A DNA stretch of 64,000 nt from positions 1,303 to 65,302 of the forward strand of contig CADADP010000007.1 of assembly GCA_902786725.1 (NCBI GenBank), read 5' to 3'. Each line of letters begins with the position of its first letter. Positions within the stretch are counted from its first letter, which is position 1. The notes beneath the pieces are model-generated. The model was not told the origin of the DNA. It saw only the letters and a list, made by a program, of their open reading frames with translations, and made no database searches. Source of the DNA: an uncultured Bacteroidales bacterium. GTDB lineage: Bacteria; Bacteroidota; Bacteroidia; Bacteroidales; Muribaculaceae. The translations under genes were made by a program, and so were the position numbers. Below are positions 46,910-55,884 of this stretch, piece after piece.

Positions 46910-46956
46910 GAAAATAAAAATAGGCTGAAAATCAAGCGATTAACAGCCTATTTTTG

Positions 46957-47041
46957 TACCCGGAGTGGGACTTGAACCCACACAGCCGCAATGGCCAAGG
47001 GATTTTAAGTCCCTCGTGTCTACCGATTCCACCATCCGGGC
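46957..47041 (-). tRNA. tRNA-Leu (anticodon TAA)
   Basis: GCCCGGATGGTGGAATCGGTAGACACGAGGGACTTAAAATCCCT...GGTTCAAGTCCCACTCCGGGTA; cloverleaf with long variable arm. Confidence 0.96.
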
Positions 47042-47160
47042 GCGGTAGCTTCGCTTTCGCGTTGCAAAGGTAACAAAAATTGAGCAATAACCAAATTATC
47101 CGGCACCCATTTTTGTTACCTTTATCCAAATGAAACTATAATTCACCTCATTCCGGCGCA

Positions 47161-47853
47161 TCATATCCCGGCCACACCGGCCTGTGCCATCTGAGCGCCT
47201 TTCTCCTCAAGAAGAGCCTCATAGAACTTGGTCATCGTCATCTGCATGTAGGGCAACAGCCACAAGAAGCCTATGCCACACGTCAGCACCGACAGTATTC
47301 CCCAGCCTATAAACGACAGATACAGCACAAACATATCAGCCTTGTGCCCATCCATCAGCCACATGCTACGCTCTATCGCAGAATTGAAACTCAACTCCGG
47401 ATTGTCGCGAAGCACATAGCCTGTCATCGAGTACGACAGCATCTTGATTATACCCGGTATCACCAGTAGCAGAGACCACAATATCTCATACAGGTACATC
47501 AGCAAGTGTGTGCCGGTCACGCGCCAGTAGTCCTTATATCCCGCAAACAACTCGCCCACATCGGGGTCACCGCCGCTACGGCTCGTCTTCAGGAACATCA
47601 CCTGATAACCCCATGCCAGAGGCACAAAAAGCAATAGCATCGCCAGTGTGGTTCCACTCAGCCCCAGCACTGCAGTCGTGGGCAGCAATTCGCTCATGCT
47701 CAGCACCGTTTTGGTTTCTGGAAGAAACCATCTACCCACCGTCGAGAACACACCCTCCAGTGCCACCATTATCAGCGTCATTGCCACAAATGCGACCCAC
47801 TTGCCGCTCAGGCTCATCAGAGCCCTGTCCTTCAGTTCACTAATCGGTCTCAT
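47161..47853 (-). CDS. DUF975 family membrane protein
   Basis: LWSLLLVIPGIIK..SYSM, S..LMDGHK, LSFIGW, WLLPY. Confidence 0.88.
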   Translation of the reverse strand: MRPISELKDRALMSLSGKWVAFVAMTLIMVALEGVFSTVGRWFLPETKTVLSMSELLPTTAVLGLSGTTLAMLLLFVPLAWGYQVMFLKTSRSGGDPDVGELFAGYKDYWRVTGTHLLMYLYEILWSLLLVIPGIIKMLSYSMTGYVLRDNPELSFNSAIERSMWLMDGHKADMFVLYLSFIGWGILSVLTCGIGFLWLLPYMQMTMTKFYEALLEEKGAQMAQAGVAGI

Positions 47854-47893
47854 ATCGTCACATATTTTTTTGTTACTTCTTTTTCTTAATCCC

Positions 47894-47909
47894 GCAAAAA
47901 TCGTGCCAA
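47894..47909 (-). promoter_or_regulatory. Putative sigma54 promoter
   Basis: TTGGCACGATTTTTGC on minus strand, identical to the 16-mer at 10053-10068. Confidence 0.65.
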
Positions 47910-47914
47910 CTTTC

Positions 47915-50900
47915 TCATCGCAGTTCTTTCAGCAACTCTTCCACAGCGCTCTTCAGCTGCTTGTCCTCGCCGGTTGTCACCGTGTTTGGGTCATTTGCCA
48001 CCTTAATATCAGGCTCCAACTGCTGGTTCTCGAGGTATGTGCCGTCGGCCAACCTATACCCTATAATGGGGATTCCGAACACTAAACTGTCGTCCTGTAG
48101 CGTCTCCCACGACACACTGGTCATTGTGCCGGGAACAGGCATTCCCACCAGTTTGCCTATACCGCCTTTCTTATACACCCACGGCGTTCCGTGAGCGTTG
48201 CTGTAGTTTGCCTCGCACTGCACCATTATGCTGGGCTTGTTCCACCGCCGGCTCGGCATGTCGCATGCATCTCTTCCGCGAATTTCCTGCGTCAGGTACT
48301 TCTTGCCGCTGAACAGCACTTCCACGTCTTCGTGCAACCGGCCACCACCGTTCCAGCGGGTGTCTATCACTATTCCATCGCGCTTGTTCCACTTGCCCAG
48401 CACCTGGCTGTATATATCGCGGAAACTGGCGTCGTTCATGCTCTTCAGGTGCACGTAGCCCAGCCGGCCGTGGCTCAGGCTATCCACCAGATGTGCCCGC
48501 TGCTGCACCCACCTGTCGTAGAGTAGCCCGCTAAGCGCGCTGTTGCTTATAGGCTTCACCACCTCGTCCCAGCGGTCGCCGCTCTTGGGGTCATACAGGC
48601 TTATCAGGGTCTTCTTCCCGGCCTGTCCCAGCAGTAGCACGCTATAGTCGTTCTCTGGGGTTATCTCTTCTCCGTTTATCTTCTCTATCACCACACCGGG
48701 CTTCACTTTCGACCGTGAACAGGACAGCGGACCGCCCTTCACCACTTCTTCCACCTTCAGTCCCTTGCCGCTGTAGCTCCAGTCGTAGAACACGCCCAAG
48801 TTGGCTGTTGCCTCGCCGCCCGACGGATAGTACCGACCGCCTGTGTGCGACACATTCAGTTCGCCGAGCCACTCGCTCAGCAGTTGAGCAAAGTCGTAGT
48901 TATTGTTGATATGTGGCAGGAATTTGCGATACGTCGCTGTCATCGCGTCCCAGTCCACACCATGCATATTCTTGTTGTAGAAGCGCTCCTTCACCTGCCG
49001 ATACACATGATTGAACATATACTCACGCTCGGCGGCGAGGTCCAGCTTCACCTGCGCGCTATAACTGATGTCTTTCAGTTTGTCGCTGCTCACGGTCAGC
49101 TTCTTCATTGTGCCTCCGCCCAGTATAAACAGTTCCTTACCGTCCTCGCTCGGCTCTATATTGGCCCACTTGGCATCCATCTTGTTCAGTAGCGTGGTAG
49201 AGTGCTTGCGCAAATCCATCTTCCACAGGTCATAGCCTTTCTCAAACGACGACAGATAGTACAGCGCATCGCCGTCCTTGTTTATCATAGCACTGGCTAT
49301 ATTGCTCGAGTTCGGTGTCACACGCACTATCCGGTTCTCTATATCGGCCGGTTCCACCACTATCTCTTTCACTTCTTTCTTCTTATCGGCCTTTTTGTCA
49401 CCGTCTTTCTTCTCATCTTTCTTGGCTTCGGCCTTTTGCTTGTCTTTATCAGCCTCTTTCTGCAGCTCCGCGTCCTCTTTGTTCAGCCGGTAGTTGTCCA
49501 GGGCCTCCTGGTTCACAAACGCCAGCAGCACATCGTCGAGCGAGCCCCACGAGCCGTGGCTGCGCATTCCGTAGCGGTTACTCGTGAACAGTATAGCGTT
49601 GCCTCCCATCACCCAACGGGGCTGCACACTGATATACGCGCTCTGCGTGATGTTTATCACCTCACCGCCCTGAGCGCTCACCAGCCCTATGTCGCTATAC
49701 GGGTCGCGCTGGTTGCCTATTATTTCCATCGCGAACCACTTTCCGTCGGGCGACCACTCGAACTCAAACGTCCCGTTGGTCTCGTACCACAGCGAACCGT
49801 CGGTCACCGTGCGCACCTTGTTGTCGAGCACTTTCAGCACTTTCAACTGGTTGCGGTTCTCTATAAATGCTATCTCTCCGCCGTCGGGCGAATACTTGGG
49901 GCAACGGCGCTCCACAGTCTTCGACGGCAATATCACTTCCTCCTTTATCACCGTGGCGTTGGGGAAATTGGGGTCATCATCGCGCTCTATACTCGCCTTC
50001 ACTATCTGCCAGTTGCCATTGCGCTCACTGGCATAGAGCAGACTCCTGTTGTTCGGGCCCCAGCACACGTCGGCCTCCTGCTCCACGGTGTTGGTTATCT
50101 TTTTTGTCGTGCCATATTCCACCGATGTCACAAACACCTCGCCGCGCACCACAAACGCCACCTGCTTCCCGTCGGGCGACACCGTAGCACTTGTCGCGCC
50201 CTTGCTGTAGGTTCTCCGCAACACGCTCTCCGCATCGTCGTGCACCAGGCTCACACTCAGCTTCACCGGCTTCCCGCCATCGGTCTGGGTATATATCTCG
50301 CCATCGTATGTGTAACACAGTTTCCCGCCATTCGATATCGACAAGAAGCGCACCGGATTGGTCTTGAAGTTGGTCACTGCCTCCGCCTTATTCGGAGCGT
50401 CTATCGGGAACTTCCACACGTTGAAACTTCCGCCGTTGCGCTCACTCAGCACATACACCGTCCGCCCGTCTGCGCTAAGCACCGGATTCCGGTCCTCTCC
50501 GGCGCGGTTGGTCAGGTTCTCATGCTTGCCGCTCTTGGCGTCCCACTTCCAGATGTCACGGGTCACCGACGACGTGTGGTGCTTACGCCACTGGTCCTCA
50601 AATCCCTTTTGGTCTTGATACAGGAAGAATCGTCCGTCCTTCGACCAGCACAAGGCCTCTGCCGGACTGCCCAGCACCTGGCTCACCTTGCCGCCGCCCA
50701 CCGCTACGCTATATAGCTCGGTCAGTCGCGACGACGGGAACAGCGCGCTCTTCGCAGGATCCTGTATCGATGCGGAATAGTATATCTGCTTGCCATCGGG
50801 CGAGAATGTCCACGGGGTCTCGCTCGCCGAGTTAAACGTCACTTGACGCGCGCTACCGCCACCGGCACTCATCACATACACGTCGTAATTGCCCTTGCGA

Positions 50901-51142
50901 TCGCTCGCAAACGCTATCTGTTTGCCGTCGGGCGACCACACGGGCGATGTCTCATAACTCGGCTGGGTGGTCAGTTGCACCGCCGCACCGCCATTAGAGC
51001 CCACTTTATAGATGTCGCCCTTATAAGTAAACACTATCTCAGTCCCGTCGGGCGAAATCTGAGCGTAACGCAACCACAGCGGCGACGCCACTCCTATCTC
51101 GGCCACCGCCACAATCAGCAATATCAAAATCCACTTTCTCAT
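47915..51142 (-). CDS. Tricorn-like S41 peptidase (beta-propellers, PDZ, S41)
   Basis: Repeated WSPDG motifs, GELNVSH, DTRWNGGG, NYSNA, GMPVPGT; start taken at MRKWIL. Confidence 0.92.
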   Translation of the reverse strand: MRKWILILLIVAVAEIGVASPLWLRYAQISPDGTEIVFTYKGDIYKVGSNGGAAVQLTTQPSYETSPVWSPDGKQIAFASDRKGNYDVYVMSAGGGSARQVTFNSASETPWTFSPDGKQIYYSASIQDPAKSALFPSSRLTELYSVAVGGGKVSQVLGSPAEALCWSKDGRFFLYQDQKGFEDQWRKHHTSSVTRDIWKWDAKSGKHENLTNRAGEDRNPVLSADGRTVYVLSERNGGSFNVWKFPIDAPNKAEAVTNFKTNPVRFLSISNGGKLCYTYDGEIYTQTDGGKPVKLSVSLVHDDAESVLRRTYSKGATSATVSPDGKQVAFVVRGEVFVTSVEYGTTKKITNTVEQEADVCWGPNNRSLLYASERNGNWQIVKASIERDDDPNFPNATVIKEEVILPSKTVERRCPKYSPDGGEIAFIENRNQLKVLKVLDNKVRTVTDGSLWYETNGTFEFEWSPDGKWFAMEIIGNQRDPYSDIGLVSAQGGEVINITQSAYISVQPRWVMGGNAILFTSNRYGMRSHGSWGSLDDVLLAFVNQEALDNYRLNKEDAELQKEADKDKQKAEAKKDEKKDGDKKADKKKEVKEIVVEPADIENRIVRVTPNSSNIASAMINKDGDALYYLSSFEKGYDLWKMDLRKHSTTLLNKMDAKWANIEPSEDGKELFILGGGTMKKLTVSSDKLKDISYSAQVKLDLAAEREYMFNHVYRQVKERFYNKNMHGVDWDAMTATYRKFLPHINNNYDFAQLLSEWLGELNVSHTGGRYYPSGGEATANLGVFYDWSYSGKGLKVEEVVKGGPLSCSRSKVKPGVVIEKINGEEITPENDYSVLLLGQAGKKTLISLYDPKSGDRWDEVVKPISNSALSGLLYDRWVQQRAHLVDSLSHGRLGYVHLKSMNDASFRDIYSQVLGKWNKRDGIVIDTRWNGGGRLHEDVEVLFSGKKYLTQEIRGRDACDMPSRRWNKPSIMVQCEANYSNAHGTPWVYKKGGIGKLVGMPVPGTMTSVSWETLQDDSLVFGIPIIGYRLADGTYLENQQLEPDIKVANDPNTVTTGEDKQLKSAVEELLKELR

Positions 51143-51318
51143 ATCGTAATTTTTTATTAATTTTCTTTCCATCGCCTCGTCGCAATTTTTCCGGCGACGA
51201 GTTCATTATGCAAATATAAGCAAAATCTCAACCTCCGCAAAATTACCTCTTCTTTTCACCATTGTCAATGTCATTTTCTGCATTTACGCAGCCCGCATCG
51301 CCACTGCCATCTCCATCT

Positions 51319-51354
51319 GTCCTATAGGCCATATAAGTCCCATAAGACCTATTC
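51319..51354 (+). repeat. Degenerate 9-bp tandem repeat, 4 units
   Basis: GTCCTATAG GCCATATAA GTCCCATAA GACCTATTC. Confidence 0.6.
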
Positions 51355-51474
51355 CCCAACTACTTTCGCACTCGCCCCCTGCATTTTTCCCCATCTTTTT
51401 TTACGCATTCAGGTTTTTTTCGTACCTTTGACCCAAAATTTCCATATTCATAAACCTATAAAACTTTAAAAACT

Positions 51475-51753
51475 ATGACTTTATTCGACATTTTAGGCTG
51501 GGGTGCCAGCATTGGACTCATTTTGGGTTACCTGCCACAAGCCATTCAAACTATGCGCACGCGCAAAACCGACGACATCGCGTTGCCCACTTTCCTCATG
51601 ATTGGAATCGGTGGCATCTGCTTCATGTGCCAGGGATGGATGCTCGGTTGGGAAAAGGGATGGGCGCTCTTCCTCACCAACCTCATCACCACGCTCTGCA
51701 GCGCCGTTATCTTCGGCATAAAAATGTACAACGATTACATCAAGAAAAAATAA
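51475..51753 (+). CDS. SemiSWEET/PQ-loop family transporter
   Basis: 3 TM segments, YLPQAIQT.RT.KT.DI motif. Confidence 0.85.
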   Translation: MTLFDILGWGASIGLILGYLPQAIQTMRTRKTDDIALPTFLMIGIGGICFMCQGWMLGWEKGWALFLTNLITTLCSAVIFGIKMYNDYIKKK

Positions 51754-51820
51754 GAAGCCTACACACACGGCTACTTAACGCTTCACAAGAAGAGGCTTCC
51801 ACACACCACGGAGCCTCTTC

Positions 51821-52564
51821 TCACTTTACATGCTTCCTCAGCCGCCGGCGCAACGCGCGTGGAATGAAACTCAAGTGATGCAACGTAGCACTCCACACTC
51901 CGTAATGCCGGCACATTATCACGTATCGTTCCCACAGCGACTTGCGCTTATTCTTGGCCGTGGTGCCGCCCTCCAAAAATTCCACTATCGGCTCATTGCC
52001 CACATATTCGCATCGCCGAGCGCGCCGCAGCACCTTCACACACCAGTCATAATCGGCGCTGAATCTGTACTGCAAATCATATTCGGGGCACAACTCCAGC
52101 CGAGCCACAAACGCCTGATGACACACCAGCATCCCGTGCTTAAAACTGTCGGCATCCAGCCGCTTGGGAGCCGTCAGGTGACGCATTCCCACCACACGCC
52201 GATCCACGTTCACCACACGGGTCTGACCATACGCCACATCTGCACCTGTCTCCAGGCCGCGCGCTATCCGCGCCAGCGCGTCTCTGCCCACCAGCGCGTC
52301 GCCGGCATTCAGAAACATCACATAATCGCCCTCGGCAAGTCGCAGTCCTTTGTTCATCGCGTCATAGAGTCCTTGGTCTGGCTCGCTCACCACGCGCGTC
52401 CGCCCGCTCGCATAGCGCTCAGCCACAGCCAGCGTCCCATCGCTCGAAGCGCCGTCCACCACCAGGTGCTCGTAGTCGCCAAATGTCTGCTCACTTATGC
52501 TCTGCATCGTGACCGGCAACTCCTTCTCCGCGTTATATGTCACTGTTATGATACTTAGCAACAT
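51821..52564 (-). CDS. Glycosyltransferase family 2
   Basis: SIITVTYN, VDGASSDGT, EPDQGLYDAMNKG, ADYDW. Confidence 0.92.
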   Translation of the reverse strand: MLLSIITVTYNAEKELPVTMQSISEQTFGDYEHLVVDGASSDGTLAVAERYASGRTRVVSEPDQGLYDAMNKGLRLAEGDYVMFLNAGDALVGRDALARIARGLETGADVAYGQTRVVNVDRRVVGMRHLTAPKRLDADSFKHGMLVCHQAFVARLELCPEYDLQYRFSADYDWCVKVLRRARRCEYVGNEPIVEFLEGGTTAKNKRKSLWERYVIMCRHYGVWSATLHHLSFIPRALRRRLRKHVK

Positions 52565-52666
52565 GGCTTATATCTTTTTCTGACCGCAAAATTAAACATT
52601 TCTGCACATTCACGCCAGCCAACTCACAACTTTTCACTATTTTTGTACCACAAATTCCATCGCTTT

Positions 52667-53158
52667 ATGGCTCTTAAAAAAATTCTTATCTGCGTAATCG
52701 CGCTCATCTCTCTCAGCGCCTGCGAGAACATCGACAACCGGTCGCTCAAGGGATTTCGCGTTGATATCAACCTTCGAATGAAGTCGGTTTGGGACACTTA
52801 CGGATGCCCCGGCATGGGCACTTGGCAATACTTCAACTACCCCAAGAGAATTCCATCCAATTTCCCATACTCCGCCACTTCCTACACCGGACTCGGTGGG
52901 GTCATCCTATTTTACACCACTTCCGGGCTCGTAGCATACGAGGCCGCTTGCCCGGTTGAACAAAAAGCCGACATCTACGTCCACATCGACCCCGATAGCC
53001 GATACGAAGCGGTTTGCCCCAAATGCCGGTCGCATTACGATGCCTTCGGGGGTACAGGCAGCCCTCTCTCGGGCGAAGCAGTCACTCGCAAAGTCGGTCT
53101 CAACCGATACTCCGTCTATGCCGACAACTCTCTCGGCGGATACCAAATCCTCAACTAA
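52667..53158 (+). CDS. Lipoprotein with a degenerate Rieske-like Cys pattern
   Basis: Lipobox LSAC; AYEAACP...CPKCRSHYD...G; start taken at MALKK. Confidence 0.7.
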   Translation: MALKKILICVIALISLSACENIDNRSLKGFRVDINLRMKSVWDTYGCPGMGTWQYFNYPKRIPSNFPYSATSYTGLGGVILFYTTSGLVAYEAACPVEQKADIYVHIDPDSRYEAVCPKCRSHYDAFGGTGSPLSGEAVTRKVGLNRYSVYADNSLGGYQILN

Positions 53159-53374
53159 CAGCTATCCACGCCCCATCGCGCTTACTTCGGCCCATATAGG
53201 CTCAGTGCGCCTGCCGCGGGTCTGTTCGGGCTTTTGTGCTTGATATTCGCAACACTTGCATGCGCCGCCTGTTTACGCGTGCCTGATTACTCCAACGCCG
53301 ATTTCGCCTTCTCGCATATTTTCACTAAATTTGCACTCAATTTATTAACGAATCATTAAAACCACTCAATCTAT

Positions 53375-54475
53375 ATGGCTCTTCAATGTGGCATCGTAGG
53401 CCTTCCCAACGTGGGAAAATCCACTCTTTTCAACTGCCTTTCTAACGCTAAGGCTCAGTCGGCCAACTTCCCTTTCTGCACCATCGAACCTAACGTGGGC
53501 GTTATCACCGTACCCGACGAAAGGCTCAATCGGCTCGCGGAATTGGTTCACCCTGAGCGCATCGTCCCGACGACGGTGGAAATCGTGGACATCGCCGGAC
53601 TCGTCAAGGGCGCTTCCAAGGGCGAAGGGCTGGGCAACAAGTTCCTGGCCAACATCCGCGAAACAGATGCCATTATCCACGTTCTTCGTTGCTTCGACGA
53701 TGATAATATCACTCACGTTGACGGCTCGGTTAACCCCGTTCGCGACAAGGAAGTCATCGACACCGAGCTCCAGCTTCGCGACCTCGAAACCATCGAAAGC
53801 CGCATCAGCCGAGTTGCCAAGCAAGCGGCCGCAGGAGACCGTGACGCAAAACTGCAACACGAGGTCTATAAGCGATATCTCAACGTTCTATCACAAGGTA
53901 AGAATGCTCGCGAAGTACAACTCGAAACCAAAGACGAACAACGAATCGCGCACGAACTTTTCTTGCTCACTAACAAACCCGTTCTCTACGTTTGCAACGT
54001 TGACGACGCCAGTGCAGCCACCGGCAATCACTACGTCGATGAGGTGCGCCAGGCTATTGCCGACGAACATGCGCAACTCCTGGTGCTCGCCGCACAGACC
54101 GAGAGCGACATCGCCGAACTCGAAACCTACGAAGAGAGGCAGATGTTCCTCGAAGAAATAGGGCTGCGGGAAAGCGGCGTAAACCGCCTCATCAAGGCCG
54201 CTTATGCCCTGCTCGACCTCGAGACTTTCCTCACCGCCGGGCCCAAAGAAGTTCGCGCATGGACGTTCCACAAGGGTAGCAAAGCTCCTCAGTGCGCCGG
54301 CGTAATTCACACCGACTTCGAACGTGGCTTCATCCGCGCCGAAATCATAAAATACGACGACTACATCACTCTCGGTAGCGAAGCAGCCGTGAAGGAAGCC
54401 GGCAAAATGCACATCGAAGGCAAAGATTACGTCATGCAAGACGGCGACATCGTTGTCTTCCGCTTCAACGTCTGA
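53375..54475 (+). CDS. ychF: Ribosome-binding ATPase YchF
   Basis: [40 protein letters not shown]. Confidence 0.98.
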   Translation: MALQCGIVGLPNVGKSTLFNCLSNAKAQSANFPFCTIEPNVGVITVPDERLNRLAELVHPERIVPTTVEIVDIAGLVKGASKGEGLGNKFLANIRETDAIIHVLRCFDDDNITHVDGSVNPVRDKEVIDTELQLRDLETIESRISRVAKQAAAGDRDAKLQHEVYKRYLNVLSQGKNAREVQLETKDEQRIAHELFLLTNKPVLYVCNVDDASAATGNHYVDEVRQAIADEHAQLLVLAAQTESDIAELETYEERQMFLEEIGLRESGVNRLIKAAYALLDLETFLTAGPKEVRAWTFHKGSKAPQCAGVIHTDFERGFIRAEIIKYDDYITLGSEAAVKEAGKMHIEGKDYVMQDGDIVVFRFNV

Positions 54476-54585
54476 TTTCCCTCTTACAACCCCAAAACAC
54501 CCCTCAAAAAACAAGGAATTGCCCCACTTTCATGAGACAATTCCCGTAAAAATCATGTCGGCTATTTTGCCTTTTTCACCGGCGC

Positions 54586-55884
54586 TTATTTCACCAGCAC
54601 TTTCTTTCCGCCGATGATGTATAGACCTTCGCTTAGCGTAGCCTTTGCGGCCTCCTCGTCAGCAGCCGTAGTCACGTAGCGACCGTCTATCGTGAACACT
54701 CGCACCGGACCCTTCTCTTCCTGCATCACTAGGTCCTCCACTCCACTCGGGAACGAGAACAGGTGCAACGCATACAGAGCCGGCAACGCACGTCCGGTCT
54801 CATTATCCCACAGACCGGCGTTATACCATGCGTCGGTCACTCGCTTTGTGTTCCAGTCCAGCCCATATTCGTTCGACTCGGGCCACCACCAGTACAAGCC
54901 TGTCACATTGCTGTGGCGCATCAGGGCCTCAATCAGCGCCTTTGTGAACGCCTCCTGACCTGCCTGGGTATTGGGGTATGTGTCAGAGTAATCGAAATTC
55001 ACGTTACTCGGTGGCCACTTGTGGTAATATCCGCTCTCCACTATCATCACCTCTTTGTCGCCAAACGAGTTACCCAGCATATTCAAGCATTGCTCCAACT
55101 GTGGTATGCTTCCCTGATAATGCGGATAATACGACAACCCAATCACATCATAATCCACTCCGTTATTCTTCACTTTCAGGAAGTAGTTATACAGTGTTCC
55201 CTGTTCGCATGCGCGATCGTGATGGATTATTATCTTGGCCTTGGGACATGCCTCGCGACATGCCTTCGACGCCTGTTTCAGCAGACCTGAAAAACGCGTC
55301 CACTCGGCCGTGCCGCTGGCATAGTTACACTTCTGCAACGTGCCGCCTTTCACGCCCCACAAGATTCCGTAACTCTCCTCGTTTCCTATCTGGATAAAGT
55401 CGGGCTCAGCGTTCACTTTCTTCAACTCATTGAGCGAACTCTTGGTATATTCGTATATCTTGGCCTTCAGCTGCTCCTCGTTCAAGCTGGCCCACGATAC
55501 CGGTGTGTATTGCTTCAGCGGGTCGGCCCAACTGTCACTGTAGTGGAAGTCGAGCATGAATTTCAGCCCATGCGCCTTTATTTTCGCGCCAAGCCGTTTC
55601 ACGTACTCCAAATCCTGGCACACGCCCTCACCTTTCTCTGTGCTCGAGGCCTGCGACGGGTCCACAAACAGGCGCACTCTTATGCTGGTCCAGCCCTGGG
55701 TCTTCACAAAGGCCAGAACATCAGTAATATTTGTCCCGTTCTTGTCCTTGTAGATTGCGCCATGGTCCTCATACTGAAGCAGTAGCGACATATCGCCACC
55801 TGCATCACGCGTAATGCCCTGTGCGCTTACGCACGCACAGAGCATTACCACTATCGTTAGAATTCCTTTCAGTCTTCTTATCAT
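54586..55884 (-). CDS. GH53 endo-beta-1,4-galactanase with T9SS-type C-terminal tail
   Basis: RVRLFVDP, LDFHYSDSWADP, QIGNE, GLSYYP, IVESG; tail VFTIDGR...GLYIIGGKKVLVK. Confidence 0.88.
   Translation of the reverse strand: MIRRLKGILTIVVMLCACVSAQGITRDAGGDMSLLLQYEDHGAIYKDKNGTNITDVLAFVKTQGWTSIRVRLFVDPSQASSTEKGEGVCQDLEYVKRLGAKIKAHGLKFMLDFHYSDSWADPLKQYTPVSWASLNEEQLKAKIYEYTKSSLNELKKVNAEPDFIQIGNEESYGILWGVKGGTLQKCNYASGTAEWTRFSGLLKQASKACREACPKAKIIIHHDRACEQGTLYNYFLKVKNNGVDYDVIGLSYYPHYQGSIPQLEQCLNMLGNSFGDKEVMIVESGYYHKWPPSNVNFDYSDTYPNTQAGQEAFTKALIEALMRHSNVTGLYWWWPESNEYGLDWNTKRVTDAWYNAGLWDNETGRALPALYALHLFSFPSGVEDLVMQEEKGPVRVFTIDGRYVTTAADEEAAKATLSEGLYIIGGKKVLVK

Larger units (their letters stand above)
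41943..46968. mobile_element. ~5.0-kb integrative element in the 3' end of tRNA-Leu (int, orf, xis, orf, rep)
   Basis: 13-bp direct repeat GTACCCGGAGTGG at 41943-41955 and 46956-46968; integrase next to left end; distinct base composition. Confidence 0.92.
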
